DNA of 64,000 nt, from assembly GCA_963801595.1 (NCBI GenBank), contig CAWDFW010000026.1:18695-82694 (forward strand), in the 5' to 3' direction. Positions 20,441-31,930 of this stretch are shown here, one piece after another (the stretch's first letter is position 1; each line of letters opens with the position of its first letter). Origin of the DNA: Terriglobia bacterium (GTDB taxonomy: Bacteria > Acidobacteriota > Terriglobia > Terriglobales > Acidobacteriaceae). A model generated the notes under the pieces. It was not told where the DNA came from. It did not search any database and saw only the letters and a list, made by a program, of their open reading frames with translations. The position numbers and the translations under genes were made by a program.

Positions 20441-22046
20441 CAGAGCGTCTTCTGCTCTGTGCTTTCCACTTGTGTATCTGGCAGTGGCTTGCTCTGCGTC
20501 ACGCTGAAATCTTTAACGTTCTTGAGCACAACCGACGGCACCTCGGGAGTTTGCGGCAGCTTGACGTGAATAAGTTCGGCGCCGCTCACATCCTCGAGCA
20601 CGAATCCGGGCCGCATGTCGGGCTGCATCGGTCGGATTTCGACGTCCTTGATTTCGATCCGCTTCACATGACGGATGTAGAAGCCGTGCGCCGGCATGGG
20701 GCCGAAGCGGTTGGGTTCGGGATAGCCGTTTTCCACTTCCGGCGGCTGAATGGCGGCGTCCGCCTTGGTGCCGCCGCCGCGATGCAGCACCAGAATATTG
20801 CTCAGCTTGACGTCTTCGATGGTATGACCCGGAATTCCGGTAATGAGTGTGGCCTGCCGGGACGCGCAGTTCGAAACCACAACGTTGCTGATGAGCACGC
20901 GCCGTATTTCTCCCACCGGCGTTCCCTCGGGACCGCGCATGCGGCTTCCCAGTCGAAGAAAGAAGGGGACATCGACGATGTCGCGCATGGTGATGTTGGT
21001 GATGGCGACGTCTTCCAGGATCGCGCCGTCCACCGATTCAAGCGCGATACCACGACAGTCTTCGATCACGCAGTTGGAGATGGTGATGTTGCGGAAGCCA
21101 CCGTTGCTTTCGGTGCCGAACTTGATGCGCCCGTTGCGCGGAACTTTGAAATCCGGGGCGAAGCGCTTGTACGTGGCATCGAGCATCGTGCCTTCCTCGT
21201 AGCCTCCGGTGACGTAGCAGTTGGTGATGGTGACGTGGTCGGTGGAGCGCGCGAATCCCAGGCCGTAGGAATCTTTCAGGCAGATGCCGTCGTCCCAGGG
21301 CGAGTTGACGCTGCAATTGGAGACGCGCACGTTGCGGCAGCAGTCGATGTCGATGGCGTCGCGATTGGTGTCGATTTTCAGATTGTCGATGGTGAGGTTG
21401 TCCACGCCGGTGGCCAGAATGGCGAAGTGCCCGCCGTGCAGGATTGAAATGTCGCGCAGGGTCACGTTGTGGCAATTCTTCAGGCTGATGGATTTGTTGC
21501 CCACTCCGTCGGCAAGTTTGAGGTCACGATCGCCGCGGCTCAGACCCTTGCCCCAGATCAGTCCCTGGCCCTCGATGGAAATATTCTGCAGGTTCTTCGC
21601 CCCAGATCAGGCTGTTGTGCCAGTGGCTGTGACCAAAATCCTGAAATTTGTCCCAGGCGTTGGGCTCGGCCGGATCGTAGCCGCCGCCCGCGCCCGCGAC
21701 AGGCGCGTCGGCAGCCACGATGGTCGCGCCCGCGTCGAGAAGCAGAGTGATGTGGCTCTTCAGGTGGATGGAATAGCAGAGATAATTTCCCGCCGGGAAG
21801 CGCACGATACCGCCGCCTGCCGTGGCCGCCGCGTCGATGGCTTTATTGATCGGCCGGCGTGTCCAGAGTCTTGCCGTCGCCAGTGGCTCCGAAAGCTCTT
21901 ACGTCGAGAGTGCCCCGGGAGGCAGAGTCTGTTTTTGACTTCGCAACGGCCGGCTGAACCGTGGCGGCTGCGCCCAACGCAGAGCCGGCAATCCCGGCTC
22001 CTGTCAGCTTCAGAAAGTCTCTTCTCTCGGTGGGCTTGGCAAACAT
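20440..22046 (-). CDS. Glycoside hydrolase family 28 (polygalacturonase-like, parallel beta-helix) with twin-arginine signal; two frame switches (about 21835 and 21590)
   Basis: MFAKPTERRDFLKLTGAGIAGSALGAA (Tat motif). Also RAFGATGDGKTLDT, FPAGNYL, NVTLRDISILHGGHFAILATGVDNLTIDNLKIDTNRDAIDIDCCRNVRVSNC, SPWDDGICLK. Fragments 21843-22046, 21524-21805 and 20440-21504. Confidence 0.85.
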
Positions 22047-22426
22047 GATTCCTCCGTATGGTGTTCTAGTTCAGATGCTTGATGAGGCGGCGCACAGGAG
22101 ACTGAAGCAATCGCAAAATAATGTCAAACGAGAAATTTTAACGTCTGATTTCAGCCAGACTCATATGTGTTTTTTGCACTGGGCGGCATAGCTGAAGCTG
22201 CTTCCGACGCCTGTCCGGGCTGGAAGCGGGCCGGCAACAACTTCGCATTGAGTGTTTCTAAAAGCCTCGTTTAACTCTCTTGATTTGACAGCGCGCATCG
22301 GGACAAGTAAAAACGCCTTCCATGCATTTGCTCGAATTCACCGACTGTCCGGGCTAAGATTAAAGCCTGGATTGATCACTGTTCGAGCTTTTAATTGCAA
22401 GCCTCAAAACGAAAGCGCAGGAAGGA

Positions 22427-23707
22427 ATGGAAACTACACCGGCCAGACGACAGCTTGGCGACGATCTGCTGACCGCGGACCAGATCCAGGCGACCGTGAA
22501 TGAAGTAATCGCGACCACGCAGTTTATCGACATTCACACTCACCTGTTTGCGCCGGAATTTGGCGGCATCGGTTTGTGGGGCATCGACGAACTGTTGACG
22601 TATCACTATCTCGAAGCGGAACTGTTCCGCTCGTCGAGTCTTTCTCCCGAGCGCTATTGGGAGATGCCGAAACGCGAGCAGGCCGATGCCATCTGGCAGG
22701 CGTTGTTCGTTGAGAATAGTCCGATCTCAGAGGCTACGCGCGGCGTCGTTGCCGTTCTCGAAGCATTCGACCTGCCCACCGATAGTCCCGACCTCGAAGA
22801 GGCCCGGTCGTTTTTCCGCGCCCAAAAAATTGAATCGCACGTTTCGAAAGTCCTGCAGATGGCGGGTGTGAGTTCTGTCGTAATGACCAACGATCCACTT
22901 CACCCCGAAGAAGAGAAAGTCTGGATGAATGGCGGGCATTCCCGCGCGGATTTTTTGGCGGTGTTGCGCCTGGATAGAATTCTATGGGGCTGGCCGGGGC
23001 ACTGGCAGCGACTGGCCGAGCAAGGATACGCCGTGGACGCCCAGGCCGGCGGCAAATCGGCGGCCGAGGTGCGACGCTTCCTTGCCGACTGGTGCGAGCG
23101 CATGAACCCGGTGTACATGGCGGTGTCGCTCACCGACGCCTTCCAGTTTCCGGAAGATAGCATTCAGGGCAAGCTGCTGAGCGATGCGGTGCTGCCCTCG
23201 TGCCGGGAGTTCGATCTGCCCCTGTCTCTCATGATCGGAGTCCGCCGCCAGGTGAATCCGAGAATCCGGCTGGCGGGTGACGCGGTGGGCAGGGCGGACC
23301 TGCGCTCATTGGAAAATATCTGCCGCGACTACCCGGACAACCGCATTCTGAGCAGCGTTCTGAGCCGCGAAAATCAGCACGAACTCTGCGTGTACGCGCG
23401 CAAGTTCAGCAACCTCATGCCCTTCGGATGCTGGTGGTTCCTGAACAATCCTTCCATCGTGGAAGAGATCACGCGGGAGCGTATTGAGTTGCTGGGGACG
23501 AGTTTCATTCCGCAGCATTCCGATGCCCGGGTGCTCGAGCAGGTCCTCTACAAATGGCGGAACACCCGCGCCACCATGTCGCAGGTGCTGGGCAACAGCT
23601 ACAAACTGCTGGCCCGTGATGGCCGCGGGGTCACGCGGCAAAATATCCAGCGCGATGTTAATCGCCTGTTCCGCGGAAACTTCGAACGATTCGCCAACCT
23701 GGCCTGA
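22427..23707 (+). CDS. Amidohydrolase-superfamily protein, possibly a Bh0493-type uronate isomerase
   Basis: Intact 426-aa ORF with HxH metal motif (FIDIHTHLF) and LLTYHYLEAELFR. The size and the neighbours (GH28, GarD-type dehydratase) fit the short uronate isomerase class. The functional call is inference. Confidence 0.55.
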   Translation: METTPARRQLGDDLLTADQIQATVNEVIATTQFIDIHTHLFAPEFGGIGLWGIDELLTYHYLEAELFRSSSLSPERYWEMPKREQADAIWQALFVENSPISEATRGVVAVLEAFDLPTDSPDLEEARSFFRAQKIESHVSKVLQMAGVSSVVMTNDPLHPEEEKVWMNGGHSRADFLAVLRLDRILWGWPGHWQRLAEQGYAVDAQAGGKSAAEVRRFLADWCERMNPVYMAVSLTDAFQFPEDSIQGKLLSDAVLPSCREFDLPLSLMIGVRRQVNPRIRLAGDAVGRADLRSLENICRDYPDNRILSSVLSRENQHELCVYARKFSNLMPFGCWWFLNNPSIVEEITRERIELLGTSFIPQHSDARVLEQVLYKWRNTRATMSQVLGNSYKLLARDGRGVTRQNIQRDVNRLFRGNFERFANLA

Positions 23708-23719
23708 AGAATGCAAGAT

Positions 23720-23748
23720 GGAGCACGGGCGTCCCGCCCGTGAGGAGG
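23720..23748. terminator. Family-B hairpin between convergent genes
   Basis: cacgggcg-tc-ccgcccgtg (23724-23742) lies between the stop of 22427-23707 and the stop of the LysR gene (23757). Confidence 0.5.
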
Positions 23749-23756
23749 CAAGCCGA

Positions 23757-24647
23757 TCACTGGGTGGTCAGAATCTTCTGTAGAAATTCGGCAATCGATT
23801 CCGTCAACTTGCGGGGATAGTCGGTGCGGACCATGGCCAGCGCCAGGCTTCTGCTCAAACGATGCCCCGCCACCCGGTAGGTTTGAAAAAAACGGTTCCG
23901 GCCCCGCAGCGCGTGTTGCGGCAGTATCGAATAACCGAATCCCGACTCCACCAATCCCTTGATGGCTTCGCTGTCCTCGGCCTCCATCACCACTCGCGGC
24001 GTGACATTGATCTCCTGAAAAAATTGATCGATGATGTGCCGGATGTTGCTGGGCTTGGGATAGAGAAGAAATGGAACGTGCGCCAGGTCCGCTGCCTGAA
24101 TCACACCGGTGCGCGAACTGCGGACGCTGTTCGGCGATGGCCGCAACACCAGCAGTTCCTCATCGAACAGCGGCATGATCTCCAGGCTCTGCTCGAACAC
24201 GGGAAGCGAAATCAGGCCCAGGTCGAAGCGCCGTTCCAGCAGGCCCGCGACAATCTCCTCGGTCACGCCCACGGTGACACCGATATCGGCGTTGGGGAAC
24301 CGTTTTCGCACTTCGCGCAGCGGTCCGCCCAGCTGGTGAATCAAGGTGGTGACACCGGTGGCGAACTGGAACGGGCGCACGTCCTTCGAAACGTCGTCGG
24401 CGAATTCCTGCTGGATCTGGCTCATGGTGCGGACTACATCCTTGGCGCGTTCCGCCAGCCGCACGGCCGCCGGCGTGGCCACCAGCCTCTTTCCCGAACG
24501 CACAAACAGCTCGGCGTGCAGTTCCTCCGCCAGGCTGTGGAGTTGCAGGCTGACCGCGCCCGGAGACAGGTGAAACTGCTGCGCCGCGTGCGTCATGCTG
24601 GAAGATTCCATCACTGCAAGAAACAGTTTCAACTGATGAATGTCCAT
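23757..24647 (-). CDS. LysR family transcriptional regulator
   Basis: MDIHQLKLFLAVMESSSMTHAAQQFHLSPGAVSLQLHSLAEELHAELFVRSGKRLVATPAA (wHTH) plus a LysR substrate-binding domain. Intact 296 aa, divergent from the TonB receptor gene. Confidence 0.9.
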   Translation of the reverse strand: MDIHQLKLFLAVMESSSMTHAAQQFHLSPGAVSLQLHSLAEELHAELFVRSGKRLVATPAAVRLAERAKDVVRTMSQIQQEFADDVSKDVRPFQFATGVTTLIHQLGGPLREVRKRFPNADIGVTVGVTEEIVAGLLERRFDLGLISLPVFEQSLEIMPLFDEELLVLRPSPNSVRSSRTGVIQAADLAHVPFLLYPKPSNIRHIIDQFFQEINVTPRVVMEAEDSEAIKGLVESGFGYSILPQHALRGRNRFFQTYRVAGHRLSRSLALAMVRTDYPRKLTESIAEFLQKILTTQ

Positions 24648-24706
24648 TTCTCGTCAGCCTCGCCGTTCTTTAATGTTCCTAAATCGCCTCTTGAATTTTT
24701 CTGGTA

Positions 24707-24736
24707 TTGACAGTCAAAACGTTTCTGGCCTATCTT
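24707..24736 (+). promoter_or_regulatory. Candidate sigma70-like promoter overlapping an 11-bp palindrome (possible LysR site)
   Basis: TTGACA (24707-24712), N18, TATCTT (24731-24736). ttgacAgtcaa is a perfect palindrome. Located in the LysR/TonB-receptor divergent spacer. Motif reading only. Confidence 0.3.
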
Positions 24737-24911
24737 CCGCGCCCATGGGTCACTGTATCAAAACCAACGGGACGGCGTTGTATCCGAGTACTTGTACGCT
24801 TCATGCCCCGCTGAGATACGGGTTGCTTGGGAACCTGACAAGTTAGCACCGGCTGCTTTGGGGACAGGGCGAACATTTGCAGCAGCAACGCGCTCCTGGA
24901 AAGGCACAAGA

Positions 24912-27900
24912 ATGAAAAGGAAAATTGTTCTGGCGCTTATGAGCCTGGTTGTCTTTTCGACCTTGTCGTCGAATTTAGCGCACGGACAAGGATTGGGAAG
25001 CATCGCGGGAACGATTACCGATCCGACCGGCGCTGCCATCGTTTCGGCGCAGATCACGGTCACGCAAATTGGCACCGGGTTTGCTCGCGAGGCCGCAACC
25101 GACGCCGGGGGATATTACTTCGTGCCTTCTCTTCGTCCCGCCGACTACACCGTGACCATCAAGGCCAAAGGGTTCAGCGATGCCAGGCAAAATGTCACCT
25201 TGCTGGCCGACCAGACTCTGACCGTCAGCCTGCAACTGAAGGTGGGATCGGGAAGCGAAATCATCCAGGTGGAAGGCAACGCGCCCCAGGTCGATACCAT
25301 GACCTCGACCATCAGACAGGTGGTCGAACAGGCCCGCATTACCGAGCTGCCTCTGAACGGGCGCAATGCCGCCCAACTCACGCTGCTGTCGCCAGGTTCG
25401 GTCAACTCGCCCAACGGCGGCGCCGACCAGGGATTCACCAAGACCTTTCCCGGCGCAGTCACCATTTCGGCCAACGGTGCGCGCCAGAACATGGTGAGCT
25501 ACCAGCTCGACGGCGGCAATTATGTGGACGAGTACACCAACGTCAACCAGCCCTTCCCCTTTCCTGATGCGCTGCAGGAATTCAGCGTGCAGACCAGCAA
25601 CTACACCGCGGAGTACGGACAAAACGCAGGCGCGGTGGTCAACGTCATCACCAAGTCCGGCAGCAACAACTTTCACGGCAACGCGTTCGAATTCCTGCGC
25701 AACTCGGTGTTCAACGCCCGCAACTACTTTGCGCCTTCAACGCTTCCCGTAGAATGGCGTTCTTACGCCGACCAAAGACAACGGGCGCGATCAAATCAAG
25801 CGCAACCAGTTTGGCGGGACCTTCGGCGGACCGATCATCCGCAACCGCACGTTTTTCTTCTTCGGAGCTGCAGTTCACCCGCTTCCGCAACGTGGGGAGC
25901 ACCGACGAGTTCGACCGTTCCCACCACGGCATTGACTACGATTCCGAGCATCCGGTCCAGTTAGTTCGTCGTGTCCGACGTGCGATATCGAAACCTACCT
26001 GAACACGCGGCGGACCGGGCGGCACACCCGGCACCATCGACCCGGTATCTTTGAACATTCTGGCGCGGCCTGCCGCTGAGTACGAACCGGGCAGTGACCT
26101 TTCTCAAGCCGGACAATGAGAATTTCAAGGAATATCTGGGAAGGGTGGACCACTCCTTTACGCAAAACGACCGGCTCTCGGTCCGCTACAGCTACAACCA
26201 GTTTCAGCGGGACGCGGTTTTCGACCCTTCGAATTTCCTGGCCTACGCCGATGGAGCCGACCATCACCAATCAGAACTATCTGATCCACGAGAACCATAT
26301 TTTCAGGCCTACGCTGCTGAACGATTTTCGCTTCAGTTATGCGCGTGAAGCTGCCGGCCGCGGTCCCGCGGCGAATGTGCCCAGCGTGCAGGACCTGGGC
26401 TCGAATATTCCCTTTCAGCCGCCCACCAACGCAATTCAGCAAATCCGCGTCAACGGCTATTTCAACTTCGGCGACAATCCCAATGCCACCTTCATCCGGA
26501 ACAATTTCACCTGGAGCGATGACGTCAGCTGGGTGAAAGGCAGGCACGATTTCCGCTTTGGCGGAATCATCGAACGCAGCCGTGTGGATCTCAACAATCT
26601 GTTCTTCCAGCCGGCGGAGTTCAGCTTTAACGGGGTCAACGCCTTCTTGTCGGGCGCGCTGGGGGACTACAGCGGCAACCTCGCCTTCCGCCAGGGTGCG
26701 GGAGAATTCAAGAACAATCGCAACATTTTTGCCGGCGTGTATGCCCAGGACAACATCCGGGTCACTCGCCGCCTGACCGTCAACCTGGGATTGCGCTATG
26801 AACCTGCTCTGCCCTGGCGCGAACTGAAAGGCCGGGTGCAGCAATTCCGCATCGACGGTCTGATTGCCGGGACCCGTTCCACCCAGTTCCCCAACGCTCC
26901 TCCGGGAGCGTACTTCCCCGGCGATCCTGGCGTCCCGCCCAACGGCGTGAATGCCAGTCTGAACAATTTCGCGCCGCGCGTGGGTTTTGCCTACGACGTC
27001 TTCGGCGACGGCAAGACCAGCCTGCGCGGCGGCGCCGGTATTTTCTATGACACCCGCATCAACGGAATCATCAACAACCGCTTCGTGGACCAGGCGCCTT
27101 TCAGCCCGCAGCTCATTTTCAGCACCAGCGCAGTCAAGCCGGGAAGCATCAGCGATCCGCTGTGTACCCAGGCCGCCACTCAAACCGCTCTGGGCTGTAC
27201 GGCGCAGGCCAATCTGTTCCCCGCCCCCTTCCCGCCGCCGATCGAACTCGACCTTTGCTCCCGGCGCGCTCTACCTGAGTTGGGACCCCAATCACAAATA
27301 CCAGGTCCCCACGGTTTACAACTGGAACCTGGCCCTCGAACATCAATTGCCTTGGGATCTCCTGATGCGCGCCGCCTACGTAGGTTCGCGCAGCAACCAT
27401 CTTACGGAGACTCTCAACCTGAATCCCGCGGCCCCCAACGCGACCGGAACGGCAGGTACTGGACGGCTAAACGTGATCGCGGCCACCCAGGGCTTTACCG
27501 TCCCGCCGTTCTCGCAGGTCCAGCAGGACATGCAGGACGTCAATTCCATCTACCATTCGTTGCAGGCTTCAATCGAGAAGCGGGCATCGCATGGCTTGAC
27601 CATCCTGGCCAGTTACACCTACTCCAGGAGCATCGACGATCTTCCGGCAGGGGCTGGAGTGACCGGCTTCGATACGTTCTCCGCCCGTCCCTGGGACGAT
27701 CCGCTGCGTCATCAGTTTGACTACGGCCCGTCGGACTTCGATCACACCCATCGCTTTGTTGCGTCGTACGTGTGGGTGCTGCCCACGCCTGCGAGGGGCA
27801 ATGGATTTCTGCGTAATGTCCTGGGCGGATGGCAACTGGGCGGAGTGGTTTCGGCCCAGACCGGTCGTGCGCTCAACCTGCTGCAAGGAGGGGAAATTTC

Positions 27901-28327
27901 CGGCACGGGCATAGGTCAGGACCGGGTGACACTGATCCCGGGCGCTGACCCATACGCCCCCGGGGCCTGTGCGGCCGCCGGAATCAATACCGGCAGCAAC
28001 CCCAAGCCTTGCGTGGATTGGCTCAACAAAGCCTCCTTTGAGACCAAAGCGCAGGCCACTGGGACCTTCGGCACCTCAGGCAAGAATGGATTCCGCTTGC
28101 CCGGCGCCTACACCTGGGACATGAACACGACCAAGAACTTCGTGTTCACGGAGCGGTGGAGACTCGAGTTCCGCGCCGAGTTCTTCAACGTCTTCAATCG
28201 CGCCAACTTCATGGATGACACCGCTTCTCTGACCAACTTCCAGAAGGTCAGCGCAAGCGCATTCGGTGCCATTCAGCAGGCGTCGGACCCACGCATTGGT
28301 CAACTGGCGTTGAAGCTGTATTTCTAG
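24912..28327 (+). CDS. TonB-dependent receptor with N-terminal carboxypeptidase-regulatory-like domain; at least six frame switches between about 25730 and 27250
   Basis: Signal peptide MKRKIVLALMSLVVFSTLSSNLAHG. Contains ITDPTGAAIVSAQITVT..GGYYFVPSLRPADYTV (CarboxypepD_reg), a plug region (ELPLNGRNAAQL), RNQFGGTFGGPIIRNRTFFFFG, and the beta-barrel C-terminus ..RIGQLALKLYF. Fragments 24792-25964, 25754-, 26094-, 26116-27720 and 26987-28327. Confidence 0.85.
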
Positions 28328-28348
28328 CTTGAACGCCGGCAGGACCGA

Positions 28349-28397
28349 CAAGCCGGACACGCCGCTGGCAAGCCAGCGTGTCCGGCTTGAATTTTGA
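28349..28397 (+). terminator. Rho-independent-type terminator after the TonB receptor gene
   Basis: caagccggacacgc (28349-28362), loop, gcgtgtccggcttg (28376-28389), followed by aattttgatt. Confidence 0.6.
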
Positions 28398-28473
28398 TTG
28401 GCCGCGGCAACAGCGCGAACGCGTCTGGTTGATTTCCAATGTCCGCAGTTCATATCCTGCTCCCGAGGTCTTC

Positions 28474-30766
28474 ATGGTGAAGAGTTTCAGGAATCATAGC
28501 TCCAGGAATTATGGATCACTGCTCTTGATTGCAATTTCCCTCCTGTTCTTGAATTCAAACCTTCTGGCAGCCACCGAAACGATTGAGTCTTCGGTCTTGC
28601 GCTTCGAACTGAACACATCTCCTTATTCATACCGGGTGATCGAACGTTCCACCGGCAAGGTTCTGCTTTCACAGAGCAGCACAGGACTCACATTCGGGCC
28701 GGAACTGTATCCCGCGTCCGAGGCGGCAAACGTAAGTAAAACGTCAAACCGCCTGCAGGCTGAACTCCGGTTGCAGCTCGCGGGCCGGGAGAGCATGCCC
28801 GCAGGGACGCCTGCCCAGGCCCAGGTGAGCTTCACTTTTGTGAAGCCGGAGGTATTGCAGGTCGCAATTACATATAAGGATGCGACGCCCAGCGAAATTT
28901 CCGAGGAGTTCAATGACCAGGGCGAACACTACTACGGAATCTGGGAGCAACCCTTCGGCGGCAGCCTTGACAACCGCGGGGCCGACCACGATTTCCTGGG
29001 CATGGGCAACGAGCGCTACGTCCATCACGCCAGCGCGCGAGCACCCTTCTACATGACCTCGAACAAGTATGGGATCTATGTCGAGAGCCTGGCGCAAGGC
29101 CACTATGCGGTCGCGCAGGCGGGCAAGACGACGTTTTCCTTCAAAGACTCGCATCTTACATACGACATTATTTACGGGCCTTCCTATGCCGACATCCTGA
29201 ACCGCTACAACGCCCTTGCCGGTCCAGCCTTCGTGCCGCCGCTCTGGGCTTTCGGCAGCATCTGGTGGCGGGACGACCACCATGCCGACTTGCGCGGAGT
29301 CACGAACGCGCAGGAAAAGGTGATTCAGGATGCCGACCGCCTGCGCGCCCTGCACCTTCCGGCAGGCGCCATGTGGCTCGACCGTCCCTACGCCTCCGGA
29401 GAACTGGGATGGGGCAACATGGACTTCGACTCCTCGTTTCCCGATCCCGCGAAGATGGTCCACGACTTGAACGACCGCGGCATGAATCTTCTCTTGTGGA
29501 CAGCCAACCGCTGTTCCGGCGATTTGTTTAAGGAGGGCTCGGCCAAAGGTTATCTTTTCCCGCTGAAATGGCCAGCGGCCGACATTCGACGTCCGGAAGT
29601 CTATGACTGGTTCAAGCAGAAGCTGGATGTCTACGTGCGCCTGGGAATAAAGGGCTACAAGATCGACCGTGGCGAAGAAAACGAGATGCCGCAGCTGCTC
29701 GAAAATCAGTTCGCGGTGCTTTTTCCCAAACTGTCGGCCGAAGGGATGAGCGCGGCGTTCGGCAATGACTACTTCATCTTCTCTCGCAACGCCAACGACA
29801 GCACGCGCAAAGTACTCCGCCATCTGGAACGGCGACTCCTGGTCCACGTTCGAGGGACTACAGGTCACGGTAAAAAATGGCCTGCGCTCCGGGACCATCA
29901 ACTTCCCAATGTGGGGCTCCGACACCGGCGGCTACTTCGCTCCGCCGTCAGCAGACAACGAGTTGCTGGCGCGCTGGCTGGAGTTCAGCGCCTTCAGTCC
30001 AATGATGGAGGTGATCCTGGGTCCCAAGCGCACGCTCTGGGATGATTACAGCCCGGAGGTGGTCGGCATCGCGCAAAAATATGTTGCCGCGCATCACGAC
30101 CTCATCCCGTACACGCGGTCCGCGATGTACCAGGCCACGCAGGACGGCATGCCCATCATGCGTGCCCTGGTCCTCGCCTACCCTGACGACGCCCGCCTGA
30201 CCGACATGTGGGACGAGTACCTCTACGGCGACGGTCTCCTCGTAGCGCCCGTAACCACGGCGCAGACCACCGAGCGCGAAGTATACCTGCCCGCCGGAAA
30301 ATGGATGAACTACCACGACAAGCAAACCGTGTATGCCGGGGGCAGCACGGTCAAGGCCGCCGCGCCCTTCGGGACTATCCCGGTGTACGTTCGCGAGGGA
30401 GCAATCATTCCGCGCGGCGACATCGTAAAGCTGAATAACAACTGGGAACGCGAATTGGACTCCGAAGCTGCGCCTGCAATTCTTTCCCTCGGCCGGGGCA
30501 AGAGCCAGTTTGACTACTACACCGGCAGTGGAGTGCAGAGGATCGCAGCGGAGTCGGCGGGCGACGGCCTGAAGATTGAATTTGGAGAGCTGGGAGCGCC
30601 CGGCACGGTCGAAGTGTACTGCAAAGAAGTCACAGGGGTGACTCGGAACGGCGTGAGACTGCACGCCGGCACGGACTACCATTACGACCAGGCATCCCAC
30701 AAACTCACAATTTCTTTTCAGGGAGCAAGCAAGATCGCGATCGCTGGTGCGGGCAGTTTGTTCTGA
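28474..30766 (+). CDS. Glycoside hydrolase family 31 (alpha-glucosidase/alpha-xylosidase-like), secreted; one frame switch near 29810
   Basis: Signal peptide MVKSFRNHSSRNYGSLLLIAISLLFLNSNLLAA. GH31 motifs include MWLDRPYASGE, KGYKIDRGEE, YSAIWNGDSWSTFEGL and FPMWGSDTGGYF. Fragments 28378-30045 and 29765-30766. Confidence 0.85.
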
Positions 30767-31005
30767 TCGGCGGTCAGCGGTAGGGGCGCTGTTCCGCACC
30801 TGCCCAGCAATCCTTCTCAAGAAGTCTCCCAGCGACGGGCCGGGTGCAGCGCGGCGTTGCGCCAGCTGCGGTTGACCATCTACAATCTTCATTGCCAGTC
30901 GCAGCGAACCCGAAACCTTCGTGAACAGCCTGCCTGGATTTGGTCCATGCCTTCTCCCAACCGCATGGAAAGAGCAGTGGTCCGTGTAAGTCGTTGTAAA
31001 CATGT

Positions 31006-31082
31006 GGCGGCGTAGCTCAGGTGGCTAGAGCGACGGTCTCATAATCCGTAGGTCGTTGGTTCGAGTCCAACCGCCGCCACCA
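31006..31082 (+). tRNA. tRNA with CAU anticodon: elongator tRNA-Met, or tRNA-Ile2 if lysidine-modified; not an initiator
   Basis: ggcggcg acceptor stem pairs with cgccgcc, followed by ACCA. D arm tagctcaggtggctagagc, anticodon loop ctCATaa (31038-31044), T arm gttggttcgagtccaac. The anticodon stem lacks the three G-C pairs typical of initiator tRNA. Confidence 0.9.
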
Positions 31083-31199
31083 AGTTTCTTGGTGTTTTCA
31101 ACTGATCACACTCGGTTTTCTCAGGACGCACTCAGCCCTCTGCGACGCACTAGTTTCTCAGTTGCCGAAAAGGTGGCGTAGGCCTGGTTTGTGACCTGC

Positions 31200-31511
31200 T
31201 CAACCGCAACCCGGCCGTTTTTCGCTTCGCCGCAGTGTGGTCTCCAATCTCTTTAACGTGGCCAGAGAGTATGCCGCGGATTGGCGCTCCTGAACGTCAG
31301 TTGTCAGTTCTAACAATTCACTCAACCGTCCCATGACAACCAGCTTGGCCTCTTTAATCCGCTCTGGAAACTCATCGAGTGTTATGTCCACGAGACCAGC
31401 TCTCGAAAGCAATTTCCAAACGCGTTCTTTCTCGGATTTCTCGTATGGTCCGCTCACGGTTCTATACTCCGTTCTCATCGCGGCCTGATGGTTGCTCCAG
31501 CTTCGGGTCAT
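31200..31511 (-). CDS. Hypothetical protein (103 aa), no recognisable domain
   Basis: Intact ORF whose ATG overlaps the stop of the upstream ORF (ATGA at 31508-31511). Lies in the lower-GC region next to the tRNA. Confidence 0.5.
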   Translation of the reverse strand: MTRSWSNHQAAMRTEYRTVSGPYEKSEKERVWKLLSRAGLVDITLDEFPERIKEAKLVVMGRLSELLELTTDVQERQSAAYSLATLKRLETTLRRSEKRPGCG

Positions 31512-31903
31512 TACTCAGGATCCGCCGGCTGTTGCTCCGTTGGCTTGAACCTGAGATATGTGTACGCCAGGTACTGGTTTAGTTCGGCCCAGAAAGCCTG
31601 CTCCCGGTCCCGGGGATCCAACCCGGCCTCGGCCATGGAAACCAGCCTTCTTTCCCAGGCCTCCCGCTCTTCCTGTGTAACCTCATCGGCTCTGCGCCAG
31701 ACTGGCGGCTCAGGGCACCCCAGGATTTTGTGCTCTGGTATCACCCGCCCGTCCTCAAGAATGAAATCTCTCCACAGAAGTCCCCACCTCACCTCCTTGA
31801 GAATACCGGTTTGCAAACCGCTGAGGGACTTGAACGTGATGACCTGGTCTTCTTGTGGTGGCCAGTTCGTTCCAGTGCCTATTTGATTTGCTGTGGGCTT
31901 CAT
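31511..31903 (-). CDS. Hypothetical protein (130 aa), no recognisable domain
   Basis: Intact ORF starting 28 nt after the stop of the membrane protein gene and translationally coupled to 31200-31511. Confidence 0.5.
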   Translation of the reverse strand: MKPTANQIGTGTNWPPQEDQVITFKSLSGLQTGILKEVRWGLLWRDFILEDGRVIPEHKILGCPEPPVWRRADEVTQEEREAWERRLVSMAEAGLDPRDREQAFWAELNQYLAYTYLRFKPTEQQPADPE

Positions 31904-31930
31904 CTATTGGCACATGGCGGGAGACTTGGT

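Noticed and set aside
31083-31200. Direct repeats gacgcact(c)ag (about 31126-31137 and 31146-31156) just after the tRNA, as possible integrase arm sites or an att remnant
   Set aside because: They are only 8-9 bp long, there is no adjacent tRNA-type integrase, and no matching copy was found at the far end of the segment. This is too weak to call.
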